From contig JBDHCY010000001.1 in the NCBI GenBank assembly GCA_039591795.1, positions 10,887 to 74,886 of the forward strand: DNA of 64,000 bases. Reading direction: 5' to 3'. Origin of the DNA: Gemmatimonadota bacterium. GTDB lineage: Bacteria; Gemmatimonadota; Gemmatimonadetes; Gemmatimonadales; GWC2-71-9. The position numbers and the translations under genes were made by a program. Under the pieces are notes generated by a model, which worked only from the letters and a program-made list of their open reading frames with translations, was not told the origin of the DNA and did no database searches. Below are positions 57,975 through 64,000 of the stretch, piece after piece. Positions within the stretch are counted from its first letter, which is position 1. The number at the start of each line of letters is the position of its first letter.

Positions 57975-59696
57975 GTGCATGGTGGTGAGAGAGTCGCCGA
58001 CGTCCTAGCGCGCCAAGGCGTCGGCGTGCTATTCACCCTCTGTGGCGGCCACATCTCGCCGATCCTCGTGGCCGCGAACGCGCGCGGCATCCGGATCGTT
58101 GACGTGCGGAACGAGGCGACCGCCGTCTTCGCAGCCGACGCGCTCACCCGGCTCAGCGGGCAACCAGGTGTCGCTCTCGTGACGGCTGGCCCGGGCGCAA
58201 CGAACACGATCACCGCGCTCAAGAACGCACAGCTCGCACAGTCTCCTGTGGTCCTACTCGTTGGCGCGGCGCCCACGACGCTCCGGGGTCGGGGCGCACT
58301 CCAGGACATCGACCAGCGGGCCCTCTTCCGACCCCATGCGAAGAGCACGACGTCGGTACACCGCGTGGCCGATCTCGCGCCCGCCCTCGAGCGGGCATTC
58401 GGCACCGCTGCGAGCGGGATCCCCGGTCCGGTAGTCCTCGAATGCCCGGTGGACCTGCTATACGACGAGTCGACCGTGCGATCCTGGTATGAGCGGGCTT
58501 CTGCGGGCCGCTCGATCGGCGCAAGCCTCCAGCGCTGGTATCTCTCGAGGCACGTCGACCGCTTGTTCGCCGGGTCCGATCAATCCACTACCCGCCCCAT
58601 CCGGCCCGTCGGCCGGGCGTCACGAAGTGACGTCCGCCGAGCCGCCCGTCTCCTGTCGCGCGCGTCTCGGCCGGTGCTCCTCGTCGGCAGCCAGGCGACG
58701 CTGGCGACGGAGCGGCTCGATGCGCTGACCGCTTCGATCGACGCGCTTGGCATTCCCGTCTATCTGTCCGGCATGGCGCGCGGGCTTCTCGGGACGGCGC
58801 ATCCTCTGCACCTCCGGCACCACCGGACGGAGGCGCTCCGCGAGGCTGACGTCGTGATTCTCGCCGGCGTTCCGTGTGATTTTCGGCTGAACTACGGCCG
58901 TCGCATCTCCAGACGGGCGGCGCTGATCGCCGCCAATCGAAGTGTACGCGACCTCAATCTCAACCGACGCCCGACCGTCGGAGCGGTCGCGGATCCGGCT
59001 CGTTTCGTGGAGCGAATCGCGGAAGCACGGCGCGCCCGGGAGGGCTCATGGACCCCGTGGCTCGAGGCGTTGCGGCAACGGGACCGCGACCGTGATGTCG
59101 AGATCTCACAGATCGCCACCGAGCCGACGGAGTTCATCAATCCCGTGGCGCTGTGCCTGGAGCTCGAACGCTCGATCGGCCCCGAGGCGGTCATCGTAGC
59201 AGATGGCGGAGACTTCGTCGCCACGGCGTCTTATGTCGTCCGGCCACGCGCACCTCTCTCGTGGCTCGATCCGGGTGTATTCGGCACGTTGGGCGGCGGG
59301 GGCGGCTTTGCTTTGGGTGCACGCCTCGCGCGACCCGATGCCGAAATCTGGATCGTCTACGGCGACGGTTCCGCCGGGTACAGCTTGATGGAATTCGATA
59401 CGTTCGCACGGCACGGCGTTCCCGTCGTCGCGGTGGTGGGCAACGACGGTGGGTGGACACAGATCGCGCGTGAGCAGGTTCCCCTCCTGGGCGATCCGGT
59501 CGGAACGGTGCTGGCCCGCACCGCATACGAGCGGGTGGCCGAGGCGTGCGGCGGATTGGGGCTCAGGGTCGACCGCCTCGACGATGTGCCTCGTGTTCTG
59601 GCGGAGGCGCGCGCGGCGGCGCACGCCGGCCGGCCGGTGTTGGTCAATGCGATGATCGGCCGGACGGAGTTCCGCAAGGGTGCCATTTCGATGTAG
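57975..59696 (+). CDS. thiamine diphosphate-dependent enzyme (acetolactate synthase large-subunit-like)
   Basis: GTG 57975 lies 8 nt after the fabH stop. N-terminal Pyr domain ([13 protein letters not shown]...[13 protein letters not shown]). ThDP motif [32 protein letters not shown]. Confidence 0.85.
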   Translation: MHGGERVADVLARQGVGVLFTLCGGHISPILVAANARGIRIVDVRNEATAVFAADALTRLSGQPGVALVTAGPGATNTITALKNAQLAQSPVVLLVGAAPTTLRGRGALQDIDQRALFRPHAKSTTSVHRVADLAPALERAFGTAASGIPGPVVLECPVDLLYDESTVRSWYERASAGRSIGASLQRWYLSRHVDRLFAGSDQSTTRPIRPVGRASRSDVRRAARLLSRASRPVLLVGSQATLATERLDALTASIDALGIPVYLSGMARGLLGTAHPLHLRHHRTEALREADVVILAGVPCDFRLNYGRRISRRAALIAANRSVRDLNLNRRPTVGAVADPARFVERIAEARRAREGSWTPWLEALRQRDRDRDVEISQIATEPTEFINPVALCLELERSIGPEAVIVADGGDFVATASYVVRPRAPLSWLDPGVFGTLGGGGGFALGARLARPDAEIWIVYGDGSAGYSLMEFDTFARHGVPVVAVVGNDGGWTQIAREQVPLLGDPVGTVLARTAYERVAEACGGLGLRVDRLDDVPRVLAEARAAAHAGRPVLVNAMIGRTEFRKGAISM

Positions 59697-59711
59697 CGTG
59701 TCGATCGACTG
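59651..59711 (+). repeat. direct repeat copy A (last 15 codons, stop and 15 nt of the ThDP-enzyme gene)
   Basis: 57/61 nt identical to 61578-61638. The last 35 nt (59677-59711) are identical and include the palindrome GTCGATCGAC (59700-59709). Confidence 0.9.
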
Positions 59712-61577
59712 AGCACTCTCTCACCTCAGCCGAGTTCGCTTTACTCCAATTGCTGACTACACCGATAGAGCGAGCTGGGGCTTTTCCACCGCCACTGCCC
59801 TGTGAGGCTGTTGATTTTTTGCATCCAGGGGCCAAACGATTGATAGATCATCGTACAATGGTGGTGGAACGCCGGCCACGCTGGTGTCGTGGGCACCCGT
59901 TCGCCTGCATGGTACCAAATGACCTGAGGCGTGTGTGGCAGGATGGTAGCCAGATCCGACATCGTTTCGAGCTTCCGGTGGATTATGCGCTGCGGACCGT
60001 AGAACTCCATTCGTAGTTCCGGCGTCCCGTAGAGGAACGGGCTCGGACCCAAGGAGTAGAACTCGAAATGTTCGGGATACTCGCGATAGATGAATTTGTG
60101 AATCGCCACTTCGATGCGCGGGACACGGAGGCTGCCACCTACGAGTGCCAGGAGATTGATGGCGGCAAACACGTAGAACGCCAAGCGCACCCATCTCGCA
60201 TGACCGAGGAAGGGATTGTCGCGGTCTCCGGCCGAGTACCACGAGCGAGGGATGAGGAACACGAACATCGCCAAGGCAAGGTGGGTGACCGGCGTGAGGA
60301 ACCGCAGCTCCTTGTGTGCCAACACGACGTGCACCAGCACGAACAAACCTGCCGTCCAGGTAAGCAGATTCCGCGGTCGACTGATACAGAAAAGGACTCC
60401 CGCGCCTAGGAGAAGGATGCCCATCGGTTGGAGCGGCACGCCGAGGAAGTAGTAATACCACGGCTCAGTTCCAAAAGTGGCCGCTCGGCCCTCGAGTAAG
60501 TTGCTCTGGAGGTAGTTCCACGGTGTAACCCCGAATGCGCCGTAGCCCCACCAGTCGATCAACAACCCTACGCCCACCGTCGCGAGGATTGCCGTGCCAC
60601 CGACAACGAGCTTGCGGAACGGCGTTCGAGAGATCAGCACCATCCACAGGCCGAGCGCGGCGATCACGATGCCCATTTGGTAGCGAAACTCGAAGCTCAG
60701 TCCCAACAAAAGGCCGGACAATGCCAGACCCGAGTACGTGAAGACCATTGGTCCCACGAACGGCTCGGAGGATTCGTGCTGCCGCAGGACGAGATTCCGA
60801 TCGCGCCTCAGTAGGAACAGCGCCGAGAGCCCCAGGAGCAAGAATATCGACGCAAAGTTCTCGGAGGACGTTCGGGTATGGAGCGTGGGGAAGAACCAGT
60901 ACAGGCCAAAGATGATGGCTAACCATTTTCGTTGTGCATCGAGAGGGAGCCATTCGGCGATCGTGATGCAGAACAGGGCGGTGGCGAGAATGCCCAGAAT
61001 CGCGGACCCCAGCCGCAAGAGCCGATCCTGGTGAAACGGATTCTCCAGGCCGACGGCCTCGAACCCGGTGAGCGCGGCGGCATAGAGAGCTGGCTGGATC
61101 CACGGCCTAACGCGCTCGCGGTACTCCCATGGCAAGCGATGCTCGTTGACGGGACGCGTCTTGAACCGGGCGAGCTCCAACGTCTGGAAATGTTGGTCCG
61201 GCTGGTAGAAGGTGGTTTGGACGAGGGCCGCGAGAACGTAGAACACCGCCCCGATCGAAAAGTAGCGGACCAGGTAGCGCTTGAATCCCGGGTCAATGCG
61301 CAGGGCAGTTGCTATCATGCTCGTGAGGAGGCAGCGGCTTGGGGCGCAGACCTCCCTTGCGGGCGATCCGCCACGCGATTCGCACTCGAGGTTTGCCCCC
61401 AGATGGTGGGGGATGATACCCTGGACCGGACGACTAGCAAGACCTCCAGCATCTCCCGGGGCGTAAGGGTCACCAGGACTCGCGGAATGCTCGCGTACAC
61501 GGCACCGTGTCCCGGTTGTCGCGGAGGTGGGCACCGACGGTGGGTGGACACACCTCGCACGGGAGCAAGTTCCCTCT
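59712..61577. other. lower-GC insert between the direct repeats (GT22 gene plus displaced gene fragment)
   Basis: Hand counts of 60-nt lines inside give about 48-57% GC (lines at 59761, 60061, 60421, 60841). Flanking lines (59581, 62041) give about 78-80%. Identity between the repeat copies stops abruptly at 59711 and 61638. Confidence 0.55.
59741..61318 (-). CDS. GT22 (Alg9/PIG-B-like) polytopic mannosyltransferase family protein
   Basis: Trimmed to MIATALRIDPGF. N-terminal YQPDQHFQTLELA (the DE-type motif region) and HKELRF, recalled as the GT22 HKE-x-RF motif. About 11 TM segments. A/T-ending codons are common, unlike the neighbouring genes. Confidence 0.8.
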   Translation of the reverse strand: MIATALRIDPGFKRYLVRYFSIGAVFYVLAALVQTTFYQPDQHFQTLELARFKTRPVNEHRLPWEYRERVRPWIQPALYAAALTGFEAVGLENPFHQDRLLRLGSAILGILATALFCITIAEWLPLDAQRKWLAIIFGLYWFFPTLHTRTSSENFASIFLLLGLSALFLLRRDRNLVLRQHESSEPFVGPMVFTYSGLALSGLLLGLSFEFRYQMGIVIAALGLWMVLISRTPFRKLVVGGTAILATVGVGLLIDWWGYGAFGVTPWNYLQSNLLEGRAATFGTEPWYYYFLGVPLQPMGILLLGAGVLFCISRPRNLLTWTAGLFVLVHVVLAHKELRFLTPVTHLALAMFVFLIPRSWYSAGDRDNPFLGHARWVRLAFYVFAAINLLALVGGSLRVPRIEVAIHKFIYREYPEHFEFYSLGPSPFLYGTPELRMEFYGPQRIIHRKLETMSDLATILPHTPQVIWYHAGERVPTTPAWPAFHHHCTMIYQSFGPWMQKINSLTGQWRWKSPSSLYRCSQQLE

Positions 61578-61623
61578 GATGATCGGGCGGATGGAGTTCC
61601 GTGAGGGTGCCATTTCGATGTAG
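61487..61623 (+). pseudogene. displaced, frame-broken 3' fragment of a ThDP-enzyme gene homolog
   Basis: 61500-61574 translates RHRVPVVAEVGTDGGWTHLAREQVP, against [25 protein letters not shown] at 59409-59483. About 160 nt are then missing relative to 59490-59650, with a frame shift. It ends MIGRMEFREGAISM*, against [14 protein letters not shown]. Confidence 0.7.
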
Positions 61624-61638
61624 CGTGTCGATCGACTG
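61578..61638 (+). repeat. direct repeat copy B
   Basis: See copy A. The 35-nt identical core is 61604-61638. It lies 10 nt upstream of the ggt ATG. Confidence 0.9.
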
Positions 61639-61648
61639 GGAGCGTTCT

Positions 61649-63346
61649 ATGCATCGGCCTTGGTTATGGATCTCAATCGCAGTTGTCACGTTGCCCGTCG
61701 ACGCGCCGGCGCAATCGGGCCGCACATCGGCGCCGGCGAAGCAAGCGATGGTATCGACTGCGCACTTTCTCGCCTCGGCCGTGGGCAATCGGGTCCTCGA
61801 AGAGGGTGGCAACGCGGTTGACGCGGCGGTCGCGACCGCGTTTGCGCTGGCCGTCGTGCACCCGGCCGCCGGGAACATCGGGGGCGGCGGTTTCCTCGTC
61901 TATCACGGAGCCGACGGTCTCGTGACGGCATTCAATTTCCGAGAAAGAGCTCCCTTGGCTGCCACCGAGCGGATGTATCTCGATGAGAGAGGTGAGATTC
62001 GGAACAACACGAATCATGAAGGGCTCCTCAGCGTCGGGGTGCCGGGTACCGTGGCCGGCCTCTGGCTCGCACATCGCCGCCTGGGCAGCAAGCCGTGGCG
62101 AGCACTCGTTCAGCCCGCGATCGAGCTCGCCGAGCAGGGGTTTCCCTCGTCCTGGGCAACGCAGAGAATGCAGGAATGGCTGGTGGAGAACGGCGACTCG
62201 TTCCCGTCGACGGCCCGAGCGTTTCTCAAGAACGGCACGTCCCCCTATGAGCCCGGCGAGGTATGGAAGCAGCCCGACCTCGCCAAGACCCTTAAGCGTA
62301 TCCGGAAGGACGGCCACGACGGGTTCTACAGGGGGACAACGGCGAGGTTGATCGCCGATTTCATGCGAGCGCACGGGGGGCTGATCACCGAGGAGGACCT
62401 CGCAGCTTACACAGCGGTGGAAGTGGCCCCCATCCACGGAACGTTCCGCGGCCACGACGTCTACGCCATGTCACCGCCGAGCTCCGGTGGAGTGGCGCTC
62501 GTCGAGATGCTGAACATCCTCGAGGGCTACGATCTGAAGTCCATCGGCCACAACACCGCTGTCTACCTCCACCTGCTCACTGAGGCCATGCGCCGCGCGT
62601 TCGCTGACCGTGCGCAACATCTCGGTGATCCCGATTTCAACCCGGAGATGCCCGTCGCTCGACTGACGTCCAAGGCATATGCCGCCGAGCTCCGCGCGGG
62701 CATCGATCCCTACCGTGCGTCGACCAGCGACGCGCAGCGGTTCAACGACCTTGCCGAGGGCGACCATACGACCCATTTCTCGGTGGTGGACCGTGACGGT
62801 AACGCGGTCGCGCTCACCTACACGCTCGAGTATGGCTATGGTTCTCGCATCGTCGTCGAGGGAGCGGGATTTCTTCTCAACAACGAAATGGGAGACTTCA
62901 ATCCCGTTCCCGGATTGACCGACTCCACAGGGATGATCGGGACGCGGCCGAACCTCGTCGAGCCAGGCAAGCGCATGCTATCCAGCATGACGCCAACCAT
63001 CGTGGCTAGGGACGGCCAGCCGGTGCTCGTACTTGGGAGTCCTGGTGGGCGGACGATCATCAATACCGTTCTTCAGGTCATCCTCAATGTGCTCGAGCAT
63101 GGGATGGACGTGGCCGATGCGGTCGAGGCGGGCCGAATCGACCACGAATGGCTTCCCGACGTGACGACTTTCGAGCGGTGGATGATCTCTGCCGATACCC
63201 GTCGACTCTTCGAAGCCATGGGGCATCGTGTGCGGGTCGGCGGCAGGCAGGGGAGTGTGATGGCGATCTACATCGACGAGGAGGCCGGTTTGCTGTTCGG
63301 GGCGGCAGACTCGCGAGACTTCAACGCGCGCGCAGTCGGCCACTGA
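61649..63346 (+). CDS. ggt: gamma-glutamyltranspeptidase
   Basis: ATG 61649 with a signal peptide. AAGNIGGGGF, autoprocessing/catalytic Thr context DHTTHFSVVD, and the small-subunit motif GSPGGRTIINTV. Confidence 0.95.
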   Translation: MHRPWLWISIAVVTLPVDAPAQSGRTSAPAKQAMVSTAHFLASAVGNRVLEEGGNAVDAAVATAFALAVVHPAAGNIGGGGFLVYHGADGLVTAFNFRERAPLAATERMYLDERGEIRNNTNHEGLLSVGVPGTVAGLWLAHRRLGSKPWRALVQPAIELAEQGFPSSWATQRMQEWLVENGDSFPSTARAFLKNGTSPYEPGEVWKQPDLAKTLKRIRKDGHDGFYRGTTARLIADFMRAHGGLITEEDLAAYTAVEVAPIHGTFRGHDVYAMSPPSSGGVALVEMLNILEGYDLKSIGHNTAVYLHLLTEAMRRAFADRAQHLGDPDFNPEMPVARLTSKAYAAELRAGIDPYRASTSDAQRFNDLAEGDHTTHFSVVDRDGNAVALTYTLEYGYGSRIVVEGAGFLLNNEMGDFNPVPGLTDSTGMIGTRPNLVEPGKRMLSSMTPTIVARDGQPVLVLGSPGGRTIINTVLQVILNVLEHGMDVADAVEAGRIDHEWLPDVTTFERWMISADTRRLFEAMGHRVRVGGRQGSVMAIYIDEEAGLLFGAADSRDFNARAVGH

Positions 63347-63376
63347 CCGCGAATCGCCTTCAGACCCCGCCCAGCG

Positions 63377-63805
63377 TCAGATGCAGGCCGGCTCACCTTC
63401 AACGTTGGAAAGACCGCCAGGGCCTGCGACCTGGCCTCCAGCGATGAAGATCTCGCACGACCGCGTCGGCGCGCTGGCGTGCGTTGCTGTTGCGTTCCAC
63501 CCAGCCCCCGCAACCACGATCGCGCCTACGATCGTCACGTTTGCCGACGGTACGAACCCTGTTGCGGGGTCGGGTGCCGCTACGCCGCCCGCCGGGTTGC
63601 TGGCATTCACTGCCGCGTAGGCACCGAAATCGGAAAGGTGCGTCTCCTGCAGGGTAGCGAGATTCCGCAGATCGGACTTCATGGCGGCGACGTGTGCCTT
63701 CTCCCTGACGGTCGCATACTTCGGAATCGCGAGGGCGGCCAAGGTGCCGATGATGACCACGACGATCAAGAGCTCGATGAGCGTGAACCCATTGCGGTGC
63801 ACCAC
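63377..63805 (-). CDS. type IV pilin (prepilin N-terminal cleavage/methylation domain)
   Basis: GTG start (63805 or 63802) gives a short leader, then G/FTLIELLIVVVIIGTLAALAIPKY. A C-terminal Cys pair is not obvious. Confidence 0.85.
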   Translation of the reverse strand: MVHRNGFTLIELLIVVVIIGTLAALAIPKYATVREKAHVAAMKSDLRNLATLQETHLSDFGAYAAVNASNPAGGVAAPDPATGFVPSANVTIVGAIVVAGAGWNATATHASAPTRSCEIFIAGGQVAGPGGLSNVEGEPACI

Positions 63806-64000
63806 GGCCTGCCTCCCGAGATCTGCGTCACATGCGACTCGACGTCGGCACGATTGGAGAGGGAGCAACGCTCATGCCGTCCAACATGGGCAAAGCCACG
63901 TCGACGATGTGCCAGTTGTCCGTGGTGGGTAAGCCTTTTCGTTCCCCTCCGCACGACCTGTGGAGCAGCTCGCTTTCCGCTCCGACGAGCCATCGCTGCG

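Noticed and set aside
56900-58405. 501-aa minus-strand ORF antisense to fabH.
   Set aside because: No motifs and low-complexity segments. fabH on the plus strand has a complete Cys-His-Asn triad.
59397-61638. Template/variable-repeat pair of a diversity-generating retroelement, or a CRISPR-like repeat.
   Set aside because: There are only two copies and no reverse transcriptase or cas genes. Mismatches are not adenine-specific and fall largely at synonymous positions. Best explained as a gene 3'-end duplication.

Overview
This is a 64-kb, high-GC bacterial chromosomal segment (roughly two-thirds G+C by eye). It is densely coding on both strands. Many neighbouring genes overlap by 1, 4 or 8 nt at start and stop (ATGA, GTGA), and I used these overlaps to trim the longest-ORF track to likely starts. 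I support about 70 CDS, two gene remnants, one tandem coding repeat, one pair of direct repeats, one hairpin terminator and one tentative promoter/operator. I recognised no rRNA, tRNA, CRISPR array, transposase, integrase or phage genes. The gene content suggests a Gemmatimonadota-like organism: Sec-type clade II nosZ with nosB, CarboxypepD_reg-type TonB receptors, VKOR-DsbA and many ECF sigma factors. That taxonomic call is inference only. Recognisable blocks: (1) an ECF sigma/ZAS anti-sigma pair; (2) a five-gene translationally coupled orphan cluster of flavoprotein, flavin reductase, methyltransferase, SRPBCC protein and stand-alone ketosynthase; (3) ccmABCD preceded by STAS and receiver genes; (4) csp and acs; (5) VKOR-DsbA; (6) OsmC flanked by small secreted barrel-like proteins; (7) an ECF sigma operon carrying two CBM48-like modules; (8) a Lys/Ala-rich 11-mer repeat protein; (9) a TonB receptor; (10) a clade II nitrous-oxide reductase cluster with a divergent Rrf2 regulator; (11) fabH plus a ThDP enzyme; (12) ggt and a type IV pilin. 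The most unusual items are three. First, the ECF/CBM48 five-gene module at 26957-30462. Second, the orphan KS/SRPBCC/flavin cluster at 5533-9574. Third, a lower-GC single-gene insert encoding a GT22 mannosyltransferase, bracketed by a duplicated 3' end of the ThDP-enzyme gene (59651-61638). All functional calls rest on motifs read by eye and recalled family knowledge. No database search or computation was run, and start codons are inferred.
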